Assembly (NCBI RefSeq): GCF_964194155.1 | Contig: NC_135901.1 | Span: 28,768,001 to 28,832,000 of the forward strand | Direction of reading: 5' to 3' | From: Cetorhinus maximus | Taxonomy: Eukaryota | Length of the DNA stretch: 64,000 nucleotides | Shown here: piece after piece, positions 25,743 through 38,597 of the stretch | Position numbering within the stretch: position 1 is the stretch's first letter | Layout: each line of letters begins with the position of its first letter | The notes under the pieces: generated by a model | Told to the model about the DNA's origin: nothing | The model's database searches: none | The model's input: only the letters and a program-made list of their open reading frames with translations | Position numbers and translations under genes: made by a program

Positions 25743-26843
25743 GGTGCAGGTGTCCTTGTGTCTCTCCAGCTCCGACAATCAGTTGAAGCCTGTCCTCACA
25801 CAGAACATGTATAATGTCTCTCCTCACTGTGAACGGTGTGATGCTTTTTCAGGCTGTGTAACTGGTTAAAGTTCTTTTCACAGTCAGTGCACTGGAAACA
25901 CTCTCACTTGTGTGTGTGTCTCGGTGCTTTTCCAGTCACACTGATGTTTAAAACCTATTGAATCAGACAGAACAGACAAACATTTCTCCTTCTAGATTCA
26001 AAGGCCGATGATATTCAGGTCCTGATGATTTGAGTGACTGTCAGATCTTGACATTTGGTTTGCGATTTCTGTCTGGAAATCCTCCCCTTCTAATATTCTG
26101 TAAAAGGAATTTACAAAAGCCATCATTCTCCCTCCATTCTCACTCTGCTGTACCTAATATACACTCAACATTACAGCACTAAAAATGTGTGCAATACACA
26201 GTACTCTATTACATGATTAGAGATACATGGTGCTGTGGGGAAGAACTTTATTTCAGCAGTGAGTGGTGCTGACTTGGGAACCCAATGCCTACGAGGATGA
26301 TGGATGCAGAGACGATCAATCATATAAAAATTAAATTGGATAGATGATTGAAGGAAATGAACATACAGGGGAATGGGGATATCGAGGGGTAATGGGGCTG
26401 ACTGGATTGTTCTACAGAGGGTCGGCATGGACTCGAGTTGTCAAATGGACACCTCCTGTGCCGTATTGACTCTATGATTGGAAATATATAACGTGCTACA
26501 GTCCTATACTACAAGACTGGAAAGGATAATAAATTAACTTCATTGCAGAACTATATGCAATATATCTAAAGTGTCCCCTGTCAGAACATCAGACATATAT
26601 TTGTCCTCTATTACTATATTGTCCAGGGGGCAAAATTCTTACAAAGTAAAATAAGGGACACTTCAGCCGTCTGAAGGCATGGGTGGAGGAATGGGTGGTG
26701 GTGGGATGCTCGTGACCATGAGGGCAGGTTGGGAGCTTTTGGGATTCAATATGAGAGGGGGTGGGGAGGAGGGGTCTTGACACAATAATAGTGGGTTGAG
26801 GGGTGGGGGTGGAGCTTAAAATCAACTAAAACTTACAACTTAT

Positions 26844-27026
26844 ATAAAGGTGAAATACTGCGGATGCTGGAAATCCAAAACAAAGATAAACGCTGGAACA
26901 TCTCAGCGGGTCTGAGAGCATCTGTGGAGAGAAAGACAGAATTAACGTTTCGAGTCTGTATGACTCTGAAGAAGAGTGATACAGACTCAAAACGTTAACT
27001 CTGTCTTTCCCTCCACAGCTGCTGTC
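26844..27026. mobile_element. Penelope tail insertion with internal inversion (fold-back) and 16-bp TSD
   Basis: TSD AAAACTTACAACTTAT at 26828-26843 and 27027-27042, with the empty site near 41123. The two halves around 26968 are inverted copies. Confidence 0.88.
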
Positions 27027-27507
27027 AAAACTTACAACTTATCTTGTCAGTCACAACATCATCATCTCTCTGCTGGCCGACTCGCTCACTTGCAGTCCTA
27101 CTCGAATCACTCAAACTCACCCTGGAGACTCCCGGGATCAGTTACCCACACACAGGCTGACCTAGAAATACGGGACAAAAGGCAAAATAAGGAGCAATCC
27201 CTGAAAATACAGGACAGTTAAACACCCTGAAATTGTCCCTTTAAATGTCAGCCATCTCCTGGGGAAACCACCCCTTTAATTGTGAACATTAGGAAAGAGA
27301 CCGTCCTTTGAGCCAGACAAATAAATGTGTCAAGCTGAGGGAGCAAAGGATGTCAATGTCTTTAAGAGAGAGAGAGAGACCTGGGCCAACCTTTCCAGAG
27401 TCTGCACTCTCCCTGGATTCACTTCCTTTCCCTTCAGTTCCTGCAAGTCAACAATTTCCCCCCAGAATGAGAAAAGAAATGGAAAGGGGGAAAAAAGAAA
27501 GTCTTTT

Positions 27508-27980
27508 ACTCACAGATGTTGGACACAGGAGGAAGTTTGAGTCTGTGTGAAGCTGAATCTTCATTCAGACAAAGCTCGCCCTCTGATTGGCTGGAGGACT
27601 AGAGTCCTTCTGGTCCTCCAACTTTTCCCATTGGTCAGCCCCTCAGCATGGACAGGAAGGGGTGGACGCTCTCCCACATATGCGCAGCTTCCCCTCTCCC
27701 TCGGACATGCGCAGTCCTGGGCCGCCCGCCCGCGCGGCGGATAGAGCGGTTTTCCCAGCGCGAGGCATTGTGGAAGTTGCGGCCGCCATTACTCATCTGG
27801 AGCCAAGTCTCCACACTCATGGGACTGGGATGGAAAGTGGGGGTGAGGGGCGCAGTAACCCCGCCCTGACACAAAGTACATGTGGGTAGTCACTGGATTT
27901 GAGCAAAACAGTTTGTTAACTTCAGGTGCAAAGATTTCGACAGCTGGGTGTCATATTGGGGAGGACAACAGCTTAGTGCG
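27508..27980. promoter_or_regulatory. Bidirectional ZNF promoter (P2 exon leftward, P1 exon rightward)
   Basis: CTGATTGGCT and CCATTGGTC (NF-Y), ATGCGCAG x2 (NRF1-like), CGCGAGGCATTGTGGAAG (ZNF143-like, 27759-27776), GGCCGCCATT (YY1-like), and a minus-strand donor GTGAGT at 27508-27513. Confidence 0.72.
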
Positions 27981-28129
27981 AAACTGAACCAGACCTTCAG
28001 GGGAGAAGAATTGGGGGAAAAGCAGAAGGAGGATAGTCTCATCATTTAGGGTTGCAATGAATAGGGAGGAAGGAGTACGAGGGGGCAGAGATTTATAGTT
28101 AGAGAAGTTGCTGCTGTTAATCAGATCAA

Positions 28130-28313
28130 GGGACAAACCCTCATAACATTTAAGAAGTATTTGGATGTGCACTTGCGATGCCATGGCATACAAGGCTATG
28201 GGCCTAGTGCTGGAAAATGGGATTAGAATCGTTAGGTACTTGTTTTACCGGCCTAGACTCGATGGGCCAAAGGAACTTTTTCTGTGCTGTAGACCCCTAT
28301 GACTCTATGACTC
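28130..28313 (+). mobile_element. CR1 3' end fragment
   Basis: ACATTTAAGAAGTATTTGG...GGAAAATGGGATTAG and a (CTATGACT)n tail. Confidence 0.8.
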
Positions 28314-28754
28314 TAAACCATATCCATCCTGACCGTTGGGGTTTATTTATGCTCATGTTAATGACCCTGTAACTGAGCTGGAGTTTAATATTCTGGATGT
28401 AAGTGGAATGAATCAGATTTGGATTGAACACCCTGTGTCATGTCCTTGTTTTGGGATAAGTTGGGATTGTTGATTTGCTGGGTGAGCAGTGTCTCTTTAA
28501 GAACTGCTGCTTGTGATCTCTCCTCATTCATTCAGAGACTCCCAGCTGAAATTATTTTACAATAAGACAGTTCACTTTCAGCATCACACCAAACAAATCC
28601 TTCGTGTGAAATCGACAATTCCGTGTCTGAAATGTTCCACTTATTGAAATTACATAAAATTCCATCAGTGAAACAGACCATTCGGCCCACCTGTTCTGTG
28701 ATGGTTTTTATTCTCCACACATGCCTCCGCCCACTCATCTTCACCTCACTGTCT

Positions 28755-29080
28755 GTCAGAGCTCAGTGGGTAACACTTCTGCCTCTGAGTCCCAAGCTTC
28801 TGGGCTTCCGTCGCCATTCAGGAATTGAGCACAAAACTCACGGCTGACCCTCCAGTGCAGTACTGAGGGAGTGTTGCCCTGTTGGAGGTGCCGTCTTTCA
28901 GATGAGATGTTACACCGTAGCTCCATTTGCCTGCTTGGGTGGATATAAAAATCCCATGTCATTATTCTCCAAGAAGAGCAGGGGAGTTATCCTCGGTGTC
29001 TTGGTCAATATTTATCCCTCAATCAACATCACAAAAACTGATCATCTGGTCATTATCGTCTTGCTGTTTGTGGGACCTTG
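28755..29080 (+). mobile_element. DeuSINE (SacSINE1-like) tRNA-derived SINE
   Basis: tRNA-like head followed by the Deu-domain core CCAGTGCAGTACTGAGGGAGTG..GGAGGTGCCGTCTTTC.GATGAG..AAGAAGAGCAGGGGAGTT. A head fragment also lies at about 62460-62565. Confidence 0.75.
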
Positions 29081-29179
29081 TAAATTGTCCAGAGGACCTA
29101 GGGAGTCTGTAAAAATATATAGACAGGCTAAGTGAGTGGGAGAACATTTGCAGATGGAGTATAATGTGGAAAAATGTTA

Positions 29180-29378
29180 GGAAGGGCGTTCCAGGGTTTC
29201 GACCCGGTGACAGTGAAGGAATGATGATATGGTTCTGAATCCTGATGGTCTGTGGCTTGGAGGGGAACTTTCAGGTGGTGGTGTTCCCATGCATCTGTTG
29301 CCCTTGTCCTTCTAGGTGGGAGGGGCCATAGGTTTGGAAGGTGCTGACTGCAAAGCCTGTCCACCATCTACAAGGTAC
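29180..29378 (-). mobile_element. 3'-region fragment of the 2505-5712 LINE family
   Basis: Matches 2650-2830 (RRTRA..WEHHH..VPLQ). Confidence 0.75.
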
Positions 29379-29409
29379 CACGTGATTCAGGGGAAGGTCT
29401 GGGATCCCC

Positions 29410-30491
29410 GGTTAGCGTTAGGTTTATTTCTAGGTTAGTGTATGTTCCGGTTAATGGTTAGTGTTGGGTTTAGCCATAGGGTTAGGTTTAGGGTTATGGT
29501 TAGGTTTAGGGTTATTGGTAGGTTTATGGTTAGGTTTATGGTTAGGTTTAGGTTTAGGATTATGGTTATGTTTATCACAGAAGCACAGAATCACAGTGCA
29601 GAAGAGGCCCTTCAGCCCACTGAGTCTGCACCGACACGTGAGAAACACCTGACCTACCTACCTAATCCCATTTACCAGCACTTGGCCCATAGCCTTGAAT
29701 GTTATGATGTGCCAAGTGCTCATCCAGGTACTTTTTAAAGGATGTGAGGCCAACCGCCTCCACCACCCTCCCAGGCAGTGCATTCCAGACCATCACCACC
29801 CACTGGGTAAAGAACTTTTTCCTCACATGCCCCCTTAAACCTCCTGTCCCTCACTTATGTCTCCTTGTTACTGACCCTTCAACTAAAGGGAACAACTACT
29901 CCCTATCCACCCTGTTCATGCCTCTCATAATCTTGTACACCTCGATCAGGTCGCCCCTCAGTCTTCTCTGCCCCAACGAAAACAACCCAAGTCTATCCAA
30001 CCTCTCTTCATAACTTAAATGTTTCATCCCAGGCAACATCCTGGTGAATCTCCTCTGCACCCCCTCCAGTGCAAACACATCCTTCTTATAATGTGGCAAC
30101 AAGAACTGCACACAGTACTCTAGGGTTAGGTTGAGGGCTACGGTTAGGTTTACAGTTAGGTATAGGGCTATGATTAGGTTTAGGGTTAGTTGCAGGGCTA
30201 TGGTTCGGTTTAGGGTTAGGTTTGGGATTATGGTTAGGTTTATGGTTGGGCTTAGGGTTAGGTTTGGGTTATGGTTAATTTTATGGTTAGACTTAGGGTT
30301 AGGTTTGGGTTATGGTTCGGTTTAGGGTTATGTTTCGGTTTAGGGTTAGGTTTATGGTTATGGTTAGGTTTAGGGTTATGGTTAGGTTTAGGATTATGAT
30401 TGGGTTTAGGATAAGGTTTAGGGTTATGGTTATGTTTAGGGTTATGGTTGGGTTTAGCGTTAGGTTTAGGGTAATGGTTAGGTTTAGGGTT
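29410..30491 (+). repeat. Degenerate telomere-like hexamer satellite (TTAGGG/TTATGG/TTAGGT), split by a CR1 insertion
   Basis: Arrays at 29410-29572 and 30121-30491 with a recurring 18-mer TTAGGGTTATGGTTAGGT. Confidence 0.9.
29573..30121 (-). mobile_element. CR1 3' fragment inserted into the telomere-like array
   Basis: ORF 29896..30111 (LEGVQRRFTRMLPG..LRGDLIEVYKIM) plus the 3' UTR. Confidence 0.88.
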
Positions 30492-31285
30492 GAAGAAGAG
30501 ATGTTACACGCTCTGATGCCGCAATGACCACACGAGACTCAAGCCTCCTTTTAACTGGTTTTATTCAAGCATATGCAAGAGAGCCGCAATCATTCCTAAG
30601 AATGAAGACCCAACTCCCAGGTTGATTACATTTAATTACTTTTGTACTTTTTCTTATCATTTGAGTACATTTGAATTCATCCAATTGATAACTGACACAC
30701 CAGTTCCATACTATCTCTATCATATTGAGCACATACACATGTGATTTTGCTAACCAATTATTGTAAAGGATGTATACATAATTATATTATCTAATCAAAG
30801 TTGAAACACAAGGACCTTGGTTCTTACAACTCAAGGCTGCGTGTGTTTTCTCAAAGCCCCCTCTTTGTCCATTGTTCATCTTCCCATATCTAAGCTAAAA
30901 CCATCTGCCCGCATCAACTTAAACCTCTAGGAGGAAATTAAATATATTAAAAGAAAACACAGTAAGAATTTGCTGATCAAACTTATATCTCCAGACAGCC
31001 ATTGATGTTAAACTTATCAACAGTTAAGGAAAACCAGATGGATATTGCACAGCCTTGTGAGTCAGGCTGGAGACAAAAGTATGACTTAAATTAGATTAAG
31101 TGGGTACTCCTCTCTCAGATAGGGAAGGGGCAGATGGTTTTAGCTTAGATATGGGAAGATGAACAATGGACAAAGAGGGGGCTTTGATGAAACACAAACA
31201 GTCTTGAGTTGTAAGGACCAAGGTCCTTGTGTACGTCTTTTAACTTTGACTGGATAACATATTTAACCAGTAAAAACATTGAAAG
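30491..31285. repeat. LTR-like insert containing a ~130-bp inverted repeat (30783-30910 vs 31128-31262)
   Basis: CCCCCTCTTTGTCCATTGTTCATCTTCCCATATCTAAGCTAAAACCATCTGCCC and its exact reverse complement. Starts with TG and has a minus-strand AATAAAA near 30560. Confidence 0.6.
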
Positions 31286-31294
31286 GTTCCGATT

Positions 31295-31680
31295 AGGGTT
31301 CGGGTCAGTGTGTAAAGAAGTGCACTTTCTTCTCAAGGAAACCCCTTTTCATTCAGGCTCTGTATGTACATAACCCCGTTTAGCTCAGGGTCTGTGTGTA
31401 CACACGTCCCTTTTAGTTCAGGGGCTGTACATATACAAACGCCTTTAACCTAGGGTCTGTATATACACAAACCCCTTTTCCTCCGGGTCAGTGCATACAC
31501 AAGTCCCTTTATTTCCGGGTCAGTGCATACACAAGCCCCTTTATTTCCGGGTCAGTGCATACACAAATCTCTTCAGCTCTGGTCAGTGTACACACAAGAC
31601 CTTTTACCTCCGGGCCAGTGTACACATGAGCCCCTTTACCTCCGGGTCAGTGTATAAACCAGCTCCTTTTTATCTCCAGG
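31295..31680 (+). repeat. ~32-bp minisatellite
   Basis: Units like GGGTCWGTGTRTACACAARCCCCTTTANNTC. The same family occurs at 60425-60862. Confidence 0.85.
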
Positions 31681-31934
31681 TTTTCAAAACTTGAACTCAG
31701 CTTCTCCTTACTCAGCCCATCATGCTGCATTCTGGGTAGGGTTTATCTGTATAACTGAAGCTTAACCTCCTCACTTTTGTATTCGGTTCCCTTCGCAATA
31801 AATGATAACATTCTATTGGCCTTCCCAATTACTTGCTGTACCTGCATACTAGGCTTTTGTGATTTATGCATTAAGACACGCAGATCCCTTTGCACCTCAG
31901 AGCTCTGCAATATCTCATCCAACTCTTACAGTCA

Positions 31935-32720
31935 AACTTGAAGTCGCTGGTGTGACATCCTTTCACACACACAGAACATTTAAACAACCTCTCCCTGATG
32001 TGAACTCACTGGTGTATCAACAGGCTGGAGGATTGGCTGAATTCCTTCCCACACATGAAGCATTTAAATGACCTCTCCCCAGTATGAACTCACTGGTTTG
32101 CCAGCAGCTTGGCTGACTGAATGAGCCCCTTCCGAGTTGGAGCAGGTGACTGGTCTCTCCGGTGTGAGCTCATTGATATGTTGTCAAGCTCAATGAATGA
32201 GTGAATCCCTTCTAACATTCAGAGCAGGTGACTGGCATCTCACGGTGTCCTAGCAGCTGAGAGGAATCCCTGAACCTCTTCACACACTGGGAGCGAGCAA
32301 AGGGCCTCTCCACAGTGTGAACTTGTTAGCGTCTAAGCAGGGTGGATGAGCAAATGAATCCCTTCCCACGCATGCAGCAGGTGAATGGCTTCTCCCCACT
32401 GTGACTGCATGGTTAAGTTTCAAGCTTGGCTGCTTTCTCAAAGCTCCCCCCACACCCCCCACCCCCCCTCCCCCACTGCCATGTTTATATAGTTCATCCC
32501 TTGTCAGGTTACTGTTCTCCATCACCAATCTGGATGACCAATTGAAGCCTCACACGGATAGCTGAAAACTTTTCAGTGGATAGAGAGACAAAACATTTCT
32601 CATCCAGCATTCAAAGGTTGATGATAGTCAGGTCCTGATAAGTTGAGTGATCTATCAGGTCTTGACGTGATATTTGGTTTGCGTTTCGGGTCTGCAAATC
32701 CTCCCTACTAATTCAATGCA
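31935..32720 (-). pseudogene. Heavily degraded C2H2 ZNF pseudogene downstream of P1 copy 4
   Basis: Repeated GTGAACTC/GAATCCCTTCCCAC/GCAGGTGA linker remnants and a leader homologous to ZNF exon 2, with many stops. Confidence 0.75.
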
Positions 32721-32939
32721 AAAGGAAATTACAAAAGACTACAAACGTAAAGGGGAGAAATCCAGAACTGTCGATTACAGTTGTCATAGAACATTCTTCC
32801 CCCTCTCAAACTATAAATCTCTGTCCCCCACCCACTCCCTCCTCCCTATTGATTGTAACACTAATTCATCCGATTATCCTCCTCCTGCTTTTCCCCAATT
32901 CTCCTCCCCTGAAGGTGCTGACTCTCGGGTTCAGTTTCA

Positions 32940-33487
32940 CACTCACCTGCTGCCCTTCCCAATATGTCACCTAAATCTTTACACCTGAAGTTAACAAACT
33001 GTTTTGCTAAGGGGGCGTCACAATCAAATCCAGTGACTACCCACATGTACTTTGTGTCAGGGTGAGTTCACTGCGCCCCTCACCCCCACTTTCCATCCCA
33101 GTCCCAGGAGTTTGGAAACTGGGCTCCGGATGAGTAATGGCGGCCGCAGCTCCCACAATGCGCCGCGCTGGGGAAACCGCTCTATCCGCCGCGCGGGCGG
33201 GCGGCCGGTGACTGCGCATGTCCGATGGAGAGGGAAAGTTGCGCATGTGCGGAGTATGTCGTTCCCATTTGGCCAACCGCTCAGCTCGTCATGGGAGTCA
33301 ACGAATCGTCCGCGATGGCGAAGGCTTCCGCTGCCCCATTGACTTCAGGCGGGAGATTGACCAATGGGAGAACATGGAGGACCGGAAGGACTCTAATCCT
33401 CCAGCCAATCAGAGCGCGGGCTTTGTCTGAATGAAGATTGAGCTTCACACAGACTAAAACTTCTTCCTGTGTCCAACACCTGTGAGT
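32940..33487. promoter_or_regulatory. Bidirectional ZNF promoter (P1 leftward, P2 rightward)
   Basis: CTCCCACAATGCGCCGCG (ZNF143/Staf-like, 33150-33167), TAATGGCGGCC, TGCGCATG x2, GACCAATGG and AGCCAATCAG. Donors are CAG|GTGAGT (minus, near 32946) and GTGAGT at 33482-33487. Confidence 0.75.
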
Positions 33488-34700
33488 AAAACACTTTCTT
33501 TTCTCCCCCTTTCCATTTCTTTTTTCATTCTGGAGGGAAATTGTTGACTTGCAGGAACTGAAGGGAAAGGAAGTGAATCCAGGGAGGGTGCAGACTCTGG
33601 AAAGGTTGGCCCAGGTCTCTCTCTCTCTCTCTTAAAGACATTGACATCCTTTGCTCCCTCAGCTTGACACATTTATTTGTCTGGCTAAAAGGATGGTCTT
33701 TTTCCTAATGTTCACAATTAAAGGGGTGTTTTCCCCAGGAGATGGCTGACATTTAAGGGGACAGTAAATTAATACAGGACAGGGACATGTCTAGTGTTGT
33801 TATGTGATGCATATGAGATATATTATTCATGGTCATTTAGACTTAATGTATTCTGATTTCTGGCCTTGTAATATAGCACCACAGCTACGTTATATATTTC
33901 CAGTCAGAGTCATTACGGCACAGAAGGAGTCCATTCGACAATTTCAGCTCATGCCAACTCTCTGCAGAACAATCCAGTCAGTCTCATCCCCCCTCTATAT
34001 CCCCATTCCCCTTTAAGTTTATTTCCTTCAAGTGCTCATCCAATTTCATTTTGAAATCATTGATCATCTCCACTTCCACCACCCTTGTAGGCAATGAGTT
34101 CCAGGTCATCCCCACTCACTGCCAAAACTAAAGTTCTCCCTCACACCCCATTGTACCTCTAATCATGTAATAGACTACTTTGTATTACACACATTTTTAG
34201 TGCAGGACTATTGGGTGTATATTAGGTACGGCATAGTGAAAATGGAGAGCACACGATGTTCCACAGAAACTAGAAATATCCATTCTGAGTTTCTGTCCTG
34301 TTGTAACAGTGATGATTTCTCTCATCTCTTTTTACAGGTTGTCAGAAGAGGAGGATTTGCAGACAGAAATCTCAAAATAAACGTCACTTCAAGATCTCAC
34401 AGAGTCATTTGATTCATGGAACCTGAATAGTATTAGCCTTTGAATCTAGAAGGAGAGCTGTTTCTTTGTTCTATCTGCTTGTGGAGATTTTAAACATCTG
34501 TCTGACCAGGATAGCACCAAGACGCACACACCTGAGTGAGAATGTTCCAGTACACTGACTGTGGAAAGAGCTTTAACCAGTTACACAGTCTAGTAAAGCA
34601 TTGGACCATTCACAGCAGAGAGAGCATATTTATATCCTGTGTGTGTGGAGGAAGCTTCAACTGATCATCGAACCTGGAAAGACACAAGGACACCCACACC

Positions 34701-35245
<545 letters not shown>

Positions 35246-35249
35246 TCTC

Positions 35250-36560
35250 GTGTGGGGGTTTAAGGAAAATGTTTTTCACCCAGAGGGTGGTTGGAATCTG
35301 GAACACACTGGCTGAGGGGGTGGTAGAGGCAGGAATCCTTCACAACATTTAAGAAGTATTTAGATGAGCACTTGAAATGCCATAGCATACAGGGATATGG
35401 GCCAAGTGCTGGAAAATGGGATCAGAGTAGATAGGGGCTTGATAGCCGGCATGGACACAATGGGCCAAAGGGCCTGTTTCTGTGCTGTATAACTCTATGA
35501 CTCTAATATTCTACTTTTGTATTCTTCCTGCTAAAGTGAACAATCTCACATTTTACACATTATACTCCATCTGCCAATTTTACTCCCACTCACTCCACCT
35601 ACCACTATCCCTTTGCAGACTCTTTCGGTCCTCCTCACAACTTGTTTTCCTACCTATCGTTGCATCATCAGCAAGTTTTACTACAATACAGTCAGTTCCT
35701 TCACTCAAGTCATTAATATGGATTGTAAATAGTTGAAGCCCCAGTACTGATCCCTGCAGGACTCCACTGCTTACACGTTGCTAACCTCAAAGTGACCCAT
35801 TTACCCCAACTCTCTGTTTCCTGTTAGTTTGCCAATCCTCTATCCATGCTAATATATCGCCCCAACACCATGAACTCTTATTTTGTGCAGTAACCTTTTC
35901 TGTGTCCCCTTAGAGAATGCTTTTTGAAAATCCAAATGTGTGGCATCTACTGGTTCCCCAATGACAGATGTTATACTGACTGGTCTATAGTTTCCTGCTT
36001 TCTGTCTCCCTCCTTTCTCGAATGGTTGTGTTACATTTGTGGTTTTCCAATCCGCTGGGACCTTTCCAGAATCTCGGGAATTTTCGAAGCTGACAAACAA
36101 TGTATCCACTATCTCTGCAGACACTTCCCTTAAGACCTGAGGAAGCAGGCCATCAGGTCCCGGAGACTTGTCAGCCATTAGTCCCATTAGTTTTCCTGGG
36201 ACTTTTGCTCAAGAGATCATGATTGTTTTAAGTTCCTTCTTCTTTTGTCCCCTGCTTTTCTACTATTCTTGGGATACTTTTTGTGTCTTCCACCATGAAG
36301 ACAGATACAAAATGCATGTTCAAAGCCTCTGCCATTCCCATCTTTCAGACTATTAATTTCCCAGTTTCATCCTCTAAGGGATCAAGGCTCACTTTCACTA
36401 TTCTTTCCCTCTTATATACTTCAAGAAGATTTTACCGTCTATATTGATATTTCTTGCTCGGTGTCAGTCGTACTCCAGTTCTGTCTCTTTTTTTGTTCAT
36501 GATGCTTTGCTGGTGTCTAAGATTTTTCCAAACTTCTGGCCCATCACTAAACTTTGCAGC
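35250..36560. mobile_element. CR1 3' end (+, 35250-35503) adjoining older CR1 RT fragments (-, 35505-36560)
   Basis: CR1 tail, and ORF 35849..36187 with DKSPGPDG..NYRPVS..DFQKAF. Confidence 0.8.
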
Positions 36561-37041
36561 ATTGAAAATCATCACCCAGGCTGCTAGTCTTAAATATATG
36601 TCTGTGCCTTAATAATGGGCGAAGTGTAATATACAGTACAGGATTATTTGAAAAGAGATATAGGTGGGATATGAGGAAGAACAGTATTTCGGCAGCAGGT
36701 GGTCATGTCCTGGAACTCGCTGCCTCTGAGGCTGGTGGAAGTGGAAACAATCAATAATTTCAAAATAAAATTGGTTGATCACCTGAAGGAAATAAACTTG
36801 CAGGGAAACGGGGATATAGAGCGGGAATGGGACAATCTGGATTGATCCACAGAGAGTCGGCATGGACTCGTGTTGCTGAATGGACTCCATCTGTGCCTTA
36901 ATGACTCTTTGACTGGAAATATATAATGTGCCTACAGTACTATATTACAAAAATAGAAATAATAAATTAACTTTATTACAGAACCATAAATAATATATTT
37001 AATATTTACAATATAACAACACTAGACATATCTCTGTCCTA

Positions 37042-37198
37042 AGATAAAAGCAAAATACTGCGGATGGTGGAAATCTGAAACAAAAACAAAAATAGCTGGG
37101 AAAACTCAGCAGGTCTGACAGCATCTGTGGAGAGGAACAGAGTTAACGTTTCGAGTCCGTATGACTCTTCATCAGATCATCTTCATCTCCATCATCAG
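37042..37198 (-). mobile_element. Penelope tail insertion with 14-bp TSD
   Basis: TSD ATATCTCTGTCCTA at 37028-37041 and 37199-37212. Empty sites lie in the paralogues near 53650 and 57805. Confidence 0.88.
37141..37177 (-). ncRNA. Minimal hammerhead ribozyme motif of a Penelope-like element
   Basis: The minus strand reads CUGAUGA-A-GAGUC-AUACG-GACUC-GAAA-CG-UU-AACU: complete core, stem II and palindromic stem III. The 5' strand of stem I is lost by truncation. Confidence 0.7.
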
Positions 37199-37521
37199 AT
37201 ATCTCTGTCCTATATTAATTTACTGTCCCCTTAAATGTCAGCCATCTTCTGGGGAAACCACCCCTTTAATTGTGAACATTAGGAAAGAGACCATCCTTTT
37301 AGCCATACAAGTAAATGTGTCAAGGTGAGGGAGCAAAGGATGTCAATGTCTTTAAGAGAGAGAGAGAGACCTGGGCCAACCTTTCCAGAGTCTGCACCCT
37401 CCCTGGATTCACTTCCTTTCCCTTCAGTTCCTGCAAGTCAACAATTTCACCCCCAGAATGAGAAAAGAAATGGAAAGGGGGAGAAATGAAACTGTTTTAC
37501 TCACAGATGTTGGACACAGGA

Positions 37522-38597
37522 CAAAAACAGAAACAGAAATACCTGGAAAAACTCAGCAGGTCTGGCAGCATTGGCGGAGAAGAGTACAGTTGACATTTCG
37601 AGTCCTCATGACCCTTCAACAGAACTAAGTAAAATTAGGAAAGGGGTGAAATATAAGCTGGTTTAAGGGGGGGTTTTGTTGGGACAAGCAGCCAGTGATA
37701 GGTGGAGATAACCAAACACTGTCACAGACAAAAGAACAAAGTGGTGTTGAAGGTGGTGATATTATATAAAGGAATGTGCTAATTAAGAGTATAAGACAGG
37801 ACAGATAAGGTACAGATAGCTCTAGCAGGGGTGGGGGAATACTAAAAGGTAGAAATAAACAATGGTGGAAATACATTTAAAAATAATGGAAATAGGTGGG
37901 AAAAGAAAAAATCTATATAAATTATTGGAAAAAACAAAGAGGGTGAAGAAATGGGAAGGGGGTGGGGATGGAGGAGAGAGTTCAAGATCTAAAATTGTTG
38001 AACTCAATGTTCAGTCCGGAAGGCTGTAAAGTGCCTAGTCGGAAGATGAGGTGCTGTTCCTCCAGTTTGCGTTGAGCTTCACTGGGACAATGCAGCAAGC
38101 CAAGGACAGACATGTGGGCAAGAGAGCAGGGTGGAGTGTTGAAATGGCAAGCGAGAGGGAGGTCTGGGTCATGCTTGCAGACAGACCGAAGGTGTTCTGC
38201 AAAGCGGTCACCCAGTCTGCGTTTGGTCTCTCCAATGTAGAGGAAACTGCATTGGGAGCAACGAATGCAGTAGACTAAGTTGGGTCAAGTGCAAGTGAAA
38301 TGCTGCTTCACTTGAAAGGAGTGTTTGAGCCCTTGGACGGTGAGGAGAGAGGAAGTGAAGGGGCAGGTGTTGCATCTTCTGCGTTTGCATGGGGAGGTGC
38401 CGTGGGAGGAGGAGTAGGGGGTGATGGAGGAGTGGACCAGGGTGTCACGGAGGGAACGATCCCTACGGAATGCCGCCAGGGGGAGTGAAGGGAAGATGTG
38501 TTTAGTGGTGGCATCATGCTGGAGTTGGCGGAAATGGCGGAGGATGATCCTTTGAATGCGGAGGCTGGTGGGGTGATAAGTGAGGACAAGGGAGACC
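37522..38597 (-). mobile_element. Penelope-like element, 3' part (GIY-YIG domain and tail)
   Basis: Reverse-complement match to 42495-43580, including a hammerhead-like motif at 37590-37626. Confidence 0.9.

Noticed and set aside
27308-27550. Recurrent ORF (..ERPGPTFPESAPSLDSLPFPSVP..) seen in several copies as a possible novel effector domain
   Set aside because: It lies antisense in intron 1 of the cassette, and the (GA)n length varies and shifts the frame between copies.
29442-30527. ORFs rich in VRFR or GLGL repeats
   Set aside because: These are translations of the telomere-like satellite.
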